A DNA stretch of 64,000 nt from an uncultured Bacteroidia bacterium (GTDB lineage Bacteria; Bacteroidota; Bacteroidia; JANWVE01), in assembly GCA_938028625.1 (NCBI GenBank), contig CALIZB010000014.1:7044-71043 (forward strand). The letters run 5' to 3'. A program made the translations under genes and the position numbers. Within the stretch, counting starts at the first letter, position 1. Each line of letters begins with the position of its first letter. The notes under the pieces were generated by a model. It ran no database searches. It saw only the letters and a program-made list of their open reading frames with translations, and was not told the origin of the DNA. This document shows, one piece after another, positions 32,084 through 41,635 of this stretch.

Positions 32084-33262
32084 TTACAATTCAAAGTGAA
32101 TACCTTTTTGAGTGAGTTCAGCATATTTTTCGGGATTAAAACGATAATACTGCGCTGCTCTGTGTTTTACTTCTTTCTGGTACTCCTTCAAAGGTTCTAA
32201 AAGTCCATAAGAAAGGATTTTTTTACGAAAATTGCGTTTATCAATAGAACGGTTGAGAATTTTTTCATAAAGTAATTGCAGTTCTCCTAATGTAAACTTT
32301 TCAGGTAAGAGTTCAAATCCTATGGGGGTGTAAGTAATTTTTCCCTTTAATCGTTGTAAAGCAACACTTATAATTTCATTATGGTCAAAAGCAAGTTTAG
32401 GAATATTCTCAATGCTTACCCATTCCACAGCTGAGGAATGTATATTTTTTTGAGTTATAATCTGATGCTTTTGCATGTTAATCAAAGCATAATACGCTAC
32501 ACTGATAACATGATTTCGGGGGTCTCGGGTAGGATTGCTGAAAGTGTATAGCTGTTCTAAAAACACATCATGCAAAGACGTTTCCTCAAAGAGCTTACGT
32601 TGTGCGGCTTGTTCTGTACTTTCTTGGTAATTGATAAAACCACCAGGTAATGCCCATTGGTCAAAATAGGGTTCAAAATTACGTTTTACCAAAAGCAGAT
32701 GCAGTTTTTTGCCATTCCAGCCAAAAACCACATTATCTACGGCAACAAGGGGGTTTTTAGGATTCTGTTCTGCGTTTTCTTTGAGAATATAGGGCTTAAA
32801 GTTATCCGGCATATCCATATTAACCATGACGGCGCTAGCTTTGGCACAAAGTATTTTTGTATTTTCACTGACAGCCCATACTTCTGCTTCACAAAAAGTA
32901 AGCATTTTACCCTGTTTGAGTACTCTGCCTATGGCGTGTATTCGCGGGTGCATAGCAGGATTAAGGTAAGAAATTTTGAGGTCGCCTGTTACTACATACT
33001 GATTTTCAGGTACTAAGCTGAATGCGGCAAAACCTGTAACAATATCACATAAAGTTGCGGTTACGCCACCATGTAAAAAACCTAAACCTTGTCTGTGAAT
33101 ATCCTGCATAGTCAGCCAGCCTTCTATGTGTCCTGCTTCTATATGTGTAAGTTCAAAATGAATGTGTTTCATAAAATATTGAGTTTGTAATACTTCTTGT
33201 ATTCTTTGTTTGTAATTAGGGTTATGTACAGTTATTTTTGGGTAGAAGTCATTATGTTGCAT
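32084..33262 (-). CDS. three-domain fusion: PaaI/4HBT-type hotdog thioesterase + Nudix domain + NrtR-like winged-helix DNA-binding domain
   Basis: N-terminus HGGVTATLCDIVTGFAAF (hotdog). Middle GGFINYQESTEQAAQRKLFEETSL (degenerate Nudix box). C-terminus …FTLGELQLLYEKILNRSIDKRNFRKKIL… is the NrtR C-terminal wHTH signature. Confidence 0.6.
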   Translation of the reverse strand: MQHNDFYPKITVHNPNYKQRIQEVLQTQYFMKHIHFELTHIEAGHIEGWLTMQDIHRQGLGFLHGGVTATLCDIVTGFAAFSLVPENQYVVTGDLKISYLNPAMHPRIHAIGRVLKQGKMLTFCEAEVWAVSENTKILCAKASAVMVNMDMPDNFKPYILKENAEQNPKNPLVAVDNVVFGWNGKKLHLLLVKRNFEPYFDQWALPGGFINYQESTEQAAQRKLFEETSLHDVFLEQLYTFSNPTRDPRNHVISVAYYALINMQKHQIITQKNIHSSAVEWVSIENIPKLAFDHNEIISVALQRLKGKITYTPIGFELLPEKFTLGELQLLYEKILNRSIDKRNFRKKILSYGLLEPLKEYQKEVKHRAAQYYRFNPEKYAELTQKGIHFEL

Positions 33263-33311
33263 AATTCAAAAATAGAAAACTCAATACAAATGATGGGATT
33301 AAATTTATAGT

Positions 33312-35648
33312 TTAGAATAATTTCCACATTTTAACACTGTTTTCTTCGCCCCCCGTATAAGCATACTTACCGTCAGGAGAGAACGTAAGTGAATAAGTAA
33401 TTTCTTTATCTTCATTGAAGATAGCAATAATTTTTCCTGTATTCGCGTCACGCAAGCGAATAGTTTTGTCTTTGCTTCCGCTTAAAATATATTTGCCGTC
33501 AGGACTGTATGATGCGCAGAGAATTTCGCTGTTATGACTGCGCCACAGAGTTCGTATTTCTTCAAAATCATGTTCAACGTCCCAGATGCGCAAAGTTTTG
33601 TCTAAACTGCCTGCTAAAAGGCGTTTTCCGTCATTGGAAAAATCTACGGAAGAAACAGATAAAATACTTCCTCTGAGTACATTTACTTTGTTTTTTTCGT
33701 TGTAATGCCATATATACACATTTTTATCTGCACTGCCAATGGCTATCATGGACTGTGTAGGGTGAAACTCAATGCTGTTCGCTTCATATTTAGTAGGAAT
33801 TTGCCATTGATAGGCTTTTTTTTGTGTTCTTAAATCCCATATACATACTGTTCCTTCATTGTCTGAGGAAGCCAGTAGTGTTCCATCAGGACTGTATGCC
33901 AAAGCTAATATCTGATGGTGAGGGGTAGATAACATCATAACTTCACGGACAGTATTTGCGTCCCATATTCCGATTTGTTTATCAATATACGGAGCGGCAA
34001 TAAAGTTATCATCAGGACTGAAAATAGCAGTTTTAGGCGTTACACTATGTGTATAAATAACGTTAAGTGGATTGCCTGTATTTATATCCCAAGTACGAAT
34101 ACTTTTGTCTGCACTGGCAGTAAGCAGTTTTGTACCTTGTTTATTTACATTTACAGAGTGAATGATGCCTGTATGGCCGATAAACGTTTTTACAATAGTA
34201 TTCTGCGTTTGTGTTTCTACAAATTCGGAAGGATTAGAGAGGTCATATTTAAGTTTTGGGCTTTCTTGAATTCTTTTTGCTTTCCAGTTGATGGCAATAA
34301 TGAAAGTTATGAACAGCGTTAGAAAAAGTATTCCTGCACGGATAAAGAGTTTTTTTACACTCCAATTCATTACTTTTTGTTGAGTATGTGTGTAGTGTAC
34401 TTGGGTTTTAGGTACTCTTCTGTATGCGTGTGTGGGCGATTGTCCTTGTGGATAGCCTTGTGTAGGCTGATTACGGAATTTTTTGGCAGGCTGTACAGCG
34501 GTTGTGTTTATAATCTGCTGTGCGGCGACGGTGCGGGTAACGGGTTTTTTGCGGGGTAACGGTTTGAGTTCTACTTCGGGTTCTTTGGGAATGCTTAGTG
34601 AAGTAAAATTTTCTGTTTGTGCATAGGGTTTTAGTGTTGAAATCCAGGTGGTATAAGTAGTACGCATAGCAGGATTATAAAACCCTTCGTTAAAAGTACT
34701 ATCAAAGCGTTTGAGAATATCTTGGGGAATTACTTTTTCTAATAATGCAAGATACTTTTCATAAAATCTGAGAATGCTTTTGTTAAAATACGGAGCATGA
34801 ATATCACACTTTGGCCATCTGTGGTGTGTAAAATAATTTTTCATAGTTCTTTCGCTCAAATCATTGAGAAAAAAGAACGGATGTTTGAGAAAGATAAAAT
34901 AATGTATTCCCACTGCCACAGACCATATATCAGAAAGTAAATTTACTTTAACTGTTTGAATTATTTTTTGTTCTGAGAGTTGTTTAGCAATTTCGGGAGC
35001 TACCCATTCATTTGGCTTGCCCCAAGTACTTGGACTATCTTGTGCATTAAGTGTGACAGCACCACTATCATAATCAATTAGAATGGTATTAGGCTGTTTT
35101 ATGCCAATAAATATGTTTTCTGCGTTAATATCAGCATGGATATAATTCAGTTCGCGTAAAACCTGAAAACCTTCTACAAGGTCAAGAGCGTATTTTATTT
35201 TTTGGGATAACGGAATTTGATAGTATTCCTGCGTAACGCGAGGGTCTTCAATAATTCGGTCAAATTCGGCATATTCGTTTCTATTCAAACGATTGGCTAA
35301 ATAACCATATACTTTTCCTCCATCTAATAATCCTGAAAAACTTAATTGTGGAAGTGCATAAAAAGCAGGTATATCTTTTATTTTTTTCTGTTGCTGGATG
35401 CGGATAATGCCCTCCTGCAGTTTTTGTATAGTCTGAAAACTTTTTTGAGTATTGGTGTCATCATGAAAAATCTTGACTACCTGTGGAATATCTGGCTGTA
35501 TGTTTCCATTAAGGCTTTGACAAAAATACAGTTCTCCAAACCCTCCTGACGCAAAAGGGCGGGGCTTAATCTCAATACTCTGTATATTTATATTAAAACA
35601 AGGGTCTAATTGTGAACTTAGTATGCGGTTCACTTTAATGGACTTCAT
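33312..35648 (-). CDS. Hanks-type Ser/Thr kinase-like domain + one TM segment + C-terminal WD40 beta-propeller
   Basis: Gly-loop GGFGELY, VVKIF Lys, catalytic loop HADINAEN (non-canonical), DYD in place of DFG, WVAPE. TM LFIRAGILFLTLFITFIIAINW. At least 6 WD repeats (…IWDANT…, …IWDLRT…, …IWDVEHD…). Confidence 0.7.
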   Translation of the reverse strand: MKSIKVNRILSSQLDPCFNINIQSIEIKPRPFASGGFGELYFCQSLNGNIQPDIPQVVKIFHDDTNTQKSFQTIQKLQEGIIRIQQQKKIKDIPAFYALPQLSFSGLLDGGKVYGYLANRLNRNEYAEFDRIIEDPRVTQEYYQIPLSQKIKYALDLVEGFQVLRELNYIHADINAENIFIGIKQPNTILIDYDSGAVTLNAQDSPSTWGKPNEWVAPEIAKQLSEQKIIQTVKVNLLSDIWSVAVGIHYFIFLKHPFFFLNDLSERTMKNYFTHHRWPKCDIHAPYFNKSILRFYEKYLALLEKVIPQDILKRFDSTFNEGFYNPAMRTTYTTWISTLKPYAQTENFTSLSIPKEPEVELKPLPRKKPVTRTVAAQQIINTTAVQPAKKFRNQPTQGYPQGQSPTHAYRRVPKTQVHYTHTQQKVMNWSVKKLFIRAGILFLTLFITFIIAINWKAKRIQESPKLKYDLSNPSEFVETQTQNTIVKTFIGHTGIIHSVNVNKQGTKLLTASADKSIRTWDINTGNPLNVIYTHSVTPKTAIFSPDDNFIAAPYIDKQIGIWDANTVREVMMLSTPHHQILALAYSPDGTLLASSDNEGTVCIWDLRTQKKAYQWQIPTKYEANSIEFHPTQSMIAIGSADKNVYIWHYNEKNKVNVLRGSILSVSSVDFSNDGKRLLAGSLDKTLRIWDVEHDFEEIRTLWRSHNSEILCASYSPDGKYILSGSKDKTIRLRDANTGKIIAIFNEDKEITYSLTFSPDGKYAYTGGEENSVKMWKLF

Positions 35649-35937
35649 AAGTATAGCAACAAAAATACAGAAATTCTGTTTGCTTTTAAGGTATTATTTG
35701 TACATTCCTGACAAGATATTCTTGTTTTTTATTCGGCTTGTAAAAATGAGAAATATTCTATAAAAGTCGTGTTTTTTCAGAAAATTTTTATCTGTTTTGG
35801 TAATTTTCATTATCTTTTCAACAGGCATGCCCTTTGCAAGCATTTCTTTTATCGTATCAATTTTTTTTGCTCTGCACGCTGTTTTTTCTGTCCTGACCGC
35901 TGTTTTTGTTCTTCTAATTGTTGTTCTGTTTCACTCA

Positions 35938-38900
35938 TTACACTGACGGAAAAATACTTATCTTGCTTGTGCCTTCATTGGTTTTTTCCAGAATAATTTT
36001 GGCATGAATGCGTTCTTTGAGGGCTTCTACGTGAGAAATTACTCCTATGGTTTTACCGGACATCTGCAAATTTTCTAATGCAGTAATGGCTGTATCCAGA
36101 GTTTCGGGGTCTAATGTACCAAATCCTTCGTCTATAAACAAAGAACCTATAAATGCTCCTTTTCCTACCAAATCGGATAACCCTAATGCGAGGGCTAAAC
36201 TTACCAGAAATGTTTCTCCGCCAGAGAGCGAATTTATGTCGCGGGTTTCATCTGCCTGATAGGCATCAATAACTTCAAGTTCTAACTCTTCATTCGGTTT
36301 TTTGGATAGCTTATATCTTGGATTAAGATGTTTAAGATGTTCATTGGCAAGTGCTGCTAATTTTGCCAGTGTCAGTCCCTGCACAAATCGTCTAAATTTA
36401 TCTCCTTTTTCACTGCCGATGAGTTCATTCAGTTTTTCCCATTTACGTAAAGTCTGCTGTTGTTTATGGAGTTGTTCGTAGAGTTGATTTTGTTCTCTTC
36501 GGACTTTTTCATCTTGGGCAAGGTGTGCTTTATACTCACCGATTTTTTGGTTATACTGTTCTCTCTGTTCTTCATACTGCTGAATTTTTGACTGAATGGC
36601 TTCCAAAGAAAGTGCAGGGTTAAGCTGTTGTTGTAGTGCATTTTTTTGATGCGTTTTGTCTGCCAGAAGGGTTTCTGCTTCTTTGATTTGTTGCTGATAC
36701 GTTTCATAGTGTGTTTTTATACTCTGGCGTTCTGTGGGGTTAAGGTACATGGTTTCAAAATAGTTCTGCGGCAGGTTTTTTTGTGCTTCAGCAAACTTTG
36801 CTTTGATATTTTCAATTTTTACATTAAGGGCTTCGGTTTCCTGTTTTGTTCTTTGTGCAAGAGTTTCAAGTTCGGTAGTTTTGTTTTGTAATTCTGCACC
36901 TTGCCTGATAAGGTTATTTTTGTGCAGTAAGTGTTGTTGCAGAAGTTCCTGATAGTATTTTTCCTCGTCTTGTACAGAACGTTCAGGCATAAGTGCGAAT
37001 AGTTGTTGTTCCTGTTCATTTTTGAGTGTGTTTATGTTTTGATAGCGATTTTGTTCATTTTGTATATCTGTGTGTAGTTTTTCTGTCTGTTCCTGATAAG
37101 TTCTGATAGTGATATAAAGATTTTCTTTTTGTGCAGATACATTTTGCAGGGTTTGTTTTTGTTTTTCATACTCTGAAACCAATTGTTTAATTGAGTTAAG
37201 AGTAGTTTCTGGGGTATAATCCGCGTAGAGGTGTTGTAAATTATGGTGAATTTGTACCATTTCATGAGTGATTTTCTCTGTATTTTCCTGAGCATGTTTG
37301 CGGTTGGCTTCGTATTCGCTTTGCTTACTGATGAGTATAGTATATTGTTCGGTAAGTTGGCGAGTATATTCTGTACAGTTCTCAATTTTATGTGATATTT
37401 CTTTGAGTATTTTCTCCTGTTGTTGAATGTCTTTTATCAGTTTCTGGTAGCGATTATGTTCTTCTTCTGCTTGTGCAAGGTGGTTTTTGATATGTTCAGG
37501 CTGGGTAATATCAAAAGTATGTGTATTAAGGGAAAGGAACTCATTTTGGTATGCTTCTGACTGATTTTGTAACTCCTGCAACTGATTTTTTGCGGCATGT
37601 ATTTTAGCATTATAGTCTTCCTGCTGGTTTTTGAGGTGTTTAATTTGACTTTTAACCTGATTATACTCTTCCTGATACGCGTATAGTTCATTTTGTAATT
37701 GAGATAAAGTATTAGAGAGTTTATGGGCAAAAGGGTGTTCGGTAGCACCGCAGAGTGGACAAGGTTCACCTTTTTTGAGTTTTGTTCTGTATGGCGCAAG
37801 TTCTTCAATATCATTCTGAAGCTGTATCTGCTGTTTCTTTTTTTCTATCAGTTTGTCTAATTCTATTTCTTTTTGCTGTGTGGCTTGATATTCATGTACA
37901 GTAATCTGTAAATTTTCTTCATATTTTTGCAGAGAGTTGTGGAGTTTTTGGCATTCCTGTTTATTTTTAAGATATTGTGTGGCTGTTTGATAAAGTTTTT
38001 TGAGGTTAAGGATATATTCGTGTTCAGGGGGAGCATCAGGGAGTTTTTCCCGTAACTGTTCAGTTTCGTTTTCTATAACTTGTTTTTGAGTAATCAGATT
38101 TTCTCTTTCTTGCTTTGCTTTTTCCTGTTCTGTAATCAGGATGCTTATTTGTTGTTGCAAGTTTTGAAGTTGATTCAGAATTTGGTCAAGTTCTGCTTGT
38201 TTAATTTTTTTATCCTGTGCGTGTTTTTGTAGCTGACTAAAATAGTTTTCTATCAGAGAAGCGTTTTCTGCAAGTATTGCATAGTGTGCGTGTGTATGTA
38301 ACCATTCCTGCGTGGTTTTTTCTGTTAGTTCAACAGTATAAACTTCATTTTGGATATTCTGGATATTGGCTGTAATTTTTTTCAGGTTCTCCTGATATTG
38401 TTGTAAATTACGTTGAATTTCTTTGTTCTGGGCGGTATATTGTTTTATATTTTCCTCAATTTTTTTTGCCTGTTGCCATAAAGGCTGTTTTTCCTGTATT
38501 GTTTTTTGAACCTGAGTAATTGCCTGTTCAGTGTGTGCAAGGTCGTGTTGGTACTGTTCATATTCGGGTTTTATCTGTTCAAGTGCAAGAACATGCGTTT
38601 GATATTCCTGAAGTTTTTCCTGTTTTTGTGTTTCCAGTATTTGGATATGTTCATAAAGTTCTGTCATGTTCTGATGTTTTATGCAGAATTCATATCGGTT
38701 AAAATCAGTCAGGTAGGGTTGATAGTGTTCTTCTGCCTGTATTTTATCCTGCCGTATTTTCTCAATGGCTTTGTTGATTTCCTGAATTTTAATATGTCGG
38801 TTGTACTGTTGCTGAAAATTTTCAAGTGCATTTTTGGTGTCTTCCAGCAATTTTTCCAATGCTTCTGTATTCTGTCGGATTTCGGTTTTTTCTTCATCAG

Positions 38901-39546
38901 TAAGCGGAGTAAAATTGGAAAGTTTAGTTTGCAACTCTTTGAGTTTTTCTTTTTCCCGTTTATGAATCTGAAAAGTGAGTTTAGATACCTCACTGAATTT
39001 TTCTGTACCTGTAATATACTCTAAAATACCTGCTTTTTCGTTTTGGTCTGCTTTAAGAAAAGCGGCAAAATTTCCTTGCGGGAGTATAACAGAACGTATA
39101 AACTGACTGTATTTTAATCCTATGGCTTTTTCTATAACAGGTTCTATTTCTTTTTCTTTAGTGGCAATAATTTTTTTGGGATTTTGTCTAATATCTGCTA
39201 CTTCACGCTTGGCAGTATCCAAAGTTCCAGTTTTTGTATAGCGTATACTCCACCTGAAAGCATATTTTATATTGTCATTACCCAGAAAAGTAATTTCAGT
39301 AGCGGCTTCTTTTTCTCTGTAAGTAATAACGCGTTCTTTTGGGGCTTCGTTTGTACCGTTGCCATAGCGAAAGACCCTGCCGTATAATGCCAGGGTAATG
39401 GCATCTAAAATAGTTGTTTTTCCTGCACCCGTAGGCCCTACAATAGCAAACAAACTATGGGTAGCAAAAGGTTCTTTTTCAAAATCAATAAAAAATTCTC
39501 CTTTAAGGGAATTAAGGTTTTTGATACGAACAGATAAAATTTTCAT
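35938..39546 (-). CDS. sbcC: exonuclease SbcC (Rad50-like ATPase with CxxC zinc hook)
   Basis: N-terminus MKILSVRIKNLNSLKGEF…GPTGAGKTTILDAI (Walker A). Hook EPCPLCGATEHP. C-terminus SLSGGETFLVSLALAL…LFIDEGFGTLD. Collinear with the E. coli SbcC sequence from memory. Start set at MKILSV, 9 codons inside the track ORF. Confidence 0.85.
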   Translation of the reverse strand: MKILSVRIKNLNSLKGEFFIDFEKEPFATHSLFAIVGPTGAGKTTILDAITLALYGRVFRYGNGTNEAPKERVITYREKEAATEITFLGNDNIKYAFRWSIRYTKTGTLDTAKREVADIRQNPKKIIATKEKEIEPVIEKAIGLKYSQFIRSVILPQGNFAAFLKADQNEKAGILEYITGTEKFSEVSKLTFQIHKREKEKLKELQTKLSNFTPLTDEEKTEIRQNTEALEKLLEDTKNALENFQQQYNRHIKIQEINKAIEKIRQDKIQAEEHYQPYLTDFNRYEFCIKHQNMTELYEHIQILETQKQEKLQEYQTHVLALEQIKPEYEQYQHDLAHTEQAITQVQKTIQEKQPLWQQAKKIEENIKQYTAQNKEIQRNLQQYQENLKKITANIQNIQNEVYTVELTEKTTQEWLHTHAHYAILAENASLIENYFSQLQKHAQDKKIKQAELDQILNQLQNLQQQISILITEQEKAKQERENLITQKQVIENETEQLREKLPDAPPEHEYILNLKKLYQTATQYLKNKQECQKLHNSLQKYEENLQITVHEYQATQQKEIELDKLIEKKKQQIQLQNDIEELAPYRTKLKKGEPCPLCGATEHPFAHKLSNTLSQLQNELYAYQEEYNQVKSQIKHLKNQQEDYNAKIHAAKNQLQELQNQSEAYQNEFLSLNTHTFDITQPEHIKNHLAQAEEEHNRYQKLIKDIQQQEKILKEISHKIENCTEYTRQLTEQYTILISKQSEYEANRKHAQENTEKITHEMVQIHHNLQHLYADYTPETTLNSIKQLVSEYEKQKQTLQNVSAQKENLYITIRTYQEQTEKLHTDIQNEQNRYQNINTLKNEQEQQLFALMPERSVQDEEKYYQELLQQHLLHKNNLIRQGAELQNKTTELETLAQRTKQETEALNVKIENIKAKFAEAQKNLPQNYFETMYLNPTERQSIKTHYETYQQQIKEAETLLADKTHQKNALQQQLNPALSLEAIQSKIQQYEEQREQYNQKIGEYKAHLAQDEKVRREQNQLYEQLHKQQQTLRKWEKLNELIGSEKGDKFRRFVQGLTLAKLAALANEHLKHLNPRYKLSKKPNEELELEVIDAYQADETRDINSLSGGETFLVSLALALGLSDLVGKGAFIGSLFIDEGFGTLDPETLDTAITALENLQMSGKTIGVISHVEALKERIHAKIILEKTNEGTSKISIFPSV

Positions 39547-39640
39547 ACAATAGTTTGCAGGCAAAAATAACAAAAATCATAGAAAAATAACAAATATGTT
39601 AGTTTTTTAAGTACAAAAAATCAGATGTACCCCTGCTGCC

Positions 39641-39689
39641 TTAAAAAGCAATTCACCACAGAGAAAACAGAAACACTTCTCTGTAGTGA
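39641..39689 (-). terminator. putative terminator downstream of nusA
   Basis: CACCACAGAGAA / TTCTCTGTAGTG hairpin with a T-rich tract on the minus strand. Confidence 0.4.
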
Positions 39690-39713
39690 AAAAGTAATGT
39701 CTGTAGGGTAGAG

Positions 39714-40997
39714 TTAATCTGTTTCTTCCAACTCGCTTTTGAGTATATCCATAACTGCAATAATTGTTTCCTCTTCTAGCTCGGTGCGACGTACTAATTC
39801 ATCTACGGAGAGGGCTAATACATCTCTTGCGGTATCACAGCCGATGCGTTTAAATTCTTCAATCACCCATTCTTCTATTTCATCAGTAAATTCTACAAGG
39901 TCTACATCTTCTATGTCTGCTTCGCCTTCGCGAAGTACGTCTATTTCATAACCCAGCAGTTTGGAAGCTAATTTTATATTTTGTCCATTTTTACCTATTG
40001 CGAGAGAGATTTGGTCTGCGGGGAAGTAAGCCACAATGCGTTTTTCTTTTTCGTGTACTACTACATTGGTAGCTTTGGCAGGCTGTAAGGCGCGCTGTGT
40101 CATCAGCCCTACATTGTTGCTAAAAGGAATAACATCTATGTTTTCACCTCTGAGTTCACGTATAATTCCCTGAATTCGTGAGCCTTTTGTACCCACACAC
40201 GCACCTACAGGGTCAATGCGGTCATCATAGCTTTCTACGGTAACTTTGGCACGTTCTCCTGGGTCGCGAACAATATTTCGGATAACTATCAGTCCATCTT
40301 GAATTTCGGGTACTTCTACTTCTAACAGTCTTCTCAAAAACAAGCCGTCTGCACGGGAGAGAATAACCTTATAGATATTGTTCTGATGCTGTATTTTAAG
40401 GATAACCGCACGAATTAAATCGCCTTTTTTGAAATTATCTTTGGGAATCCATTCGCTACGGGGCAGAGTAAGTTCATACCACATGCCTGTTTCTGCCTGA
40501 TGTTTTACCAAAATCTCATTTCTATTTACTTGATGCACTTCACCTGTAATGATTTCACCTACTAATTCTTTGTAATGTTCATTCATGCCAATTTGCTCTA
40601 TATCTTTTACTTTCTGAGCGAGAATTTGTTTTACTGTTCCAATTACTCTGCGCCCAAAACTGTCAAACTTGCGAATTACGGCTACTTCTTCGAAAAGTTC
40701 GTAATCATCATCAATTTTTTGGGCTTCGGAAAGGGGTATTTCAAACAGTTCATTTTCAAAATCATCATCAGCTACTACGGTACGTACATGCATAGCCTGA
40801 ACATCACCCTTGTCAACGTTCACAATTACTTTGAAAGGTTCATCTGTACCAAATTCTTTTTTGAGCATGTAGCGGAATACATCACTTAAAATACCCGTAA
40901 ACGTAACGCGGTCTATATTTCTGCTTTTTGCAAACTCATGAAATGTTTCTATCAACATTTCGGCAGTAATTTCATTTTGTTTTTTTCTTTTTGCCAT
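39714..40997 (-). CDS. nusA: transcription termination/antitermination factor NusA
   Basis: Full-length NusA: N-terminal domain, S1, two KH domains (…GACVGTKGSRIQGI…). Confidence 0.9.
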   Translation of the reverse strand: MAKRKKQNEITAEMLIETFHEFAKSRNIDRVTFTGILSDVFRYMLKKEFGTDEPFKVIVNVDKGDVQAMHVRTVVADDDFENELFEIPLSEAQKIDDDYELFEEVAVIRKFDSFGRRVIGTVKQILAQKVKDIEQIGMNEHYKELVGEIITGEVHQVNRNEILVKHQAETGMWYELTLPRSEWIPKDNFKKGDLIRAVILKIQHQNNIYKVILSRADGLFLRRLLEVEVPEIQDGLIVIRNIVRDPGERAKVTVESYDDRIDPVGACVGTKGSRIQGIIRELRGENIDVIPFSNNVGLMTQRALQPAKATNVVVHEKEKRIVAYFPADQISLAIGKNGQNIKLASKLLGYEIDVLREGEADIEDVDLVEFTDEIEEWVIEEFKRIGCDTARDVLALSVDELVRRTELEEETIIAVMDILKSELEETD

Positions 40998-41000
40998 ATT

Positions 41001-41468
41001 CTATAAGATTATTTTTGCACTTTGAATTTCAGTATAGGTAAAAGTCTTTTGAAAAGCAGGTGTTTTTTTCTTTTTGCTTGCGGGAATTTCCACTGTAAAA
41101 TTCAGTTCTGTGGCTTCCAATAATTTTCCAAGATATTTTTCCTGTTCATTGACTTTAACTTCTATTTTTTTACCTGTATTTCTTAAAAATTGACGGGGAA
41201 TAAGTGGTCTGTCCACTCCCGGAGAACTTACCTCTAAACGGTACAATTGTTCAAAAGCAGGAGAATTTTCTAGCACTTGTTCATATTGTCGGCTTATCTG
41301 ACTACATTCTTCTATGCTGATACCTTTGTCTGTATCTATAAAAGCCACTACAATAAACCCGTTTCTGAACGGTTTTACCTTTACTTCCAAGATAAAGTAT
41401 TCAGGCTGAGTGGATAAAACCTGTTCTAATAATTGTTGAGCTATCTGTGTTCTTTCTTCTAATTTCAT
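41001..41468 (-). CDS. rimP: ribosome maturation factor RimP
   Basis: 155 aa. Sits immediately upstream of nusA in the conserved rimP-nusA arrangement. Confidence 0.8.
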   Translation of the reverse strand: MKLEERTQIAQQLLEQVLSTQPEYFILEVKVKPFRNGFIVVAFIDTDKGISIEECSQISRQYEQVLENSPAFEQLYRLEVSSPGVDRPLIPRQFLRNTGKKIEVKVNEQEKYLGKLLEATELNFTVEIPASKKKKTPAFQKTFTYTEIQSAKIIL

Positions 41469-41635
41469 ACCTCTTTTACAATCAAAAAAGAGGGGCAGAA
41501 GCTCCTCTTTTTCAGAAAATCAGAAATTTTTGCAAAGATAGAAATAAGTTCTGAAAAATACAAACCGCACCAAAATTGCAGACATACCAGACTGAAAAAT
41601 TTTGAACCTCATTTTTTTATTTTAATTTTGTACGC

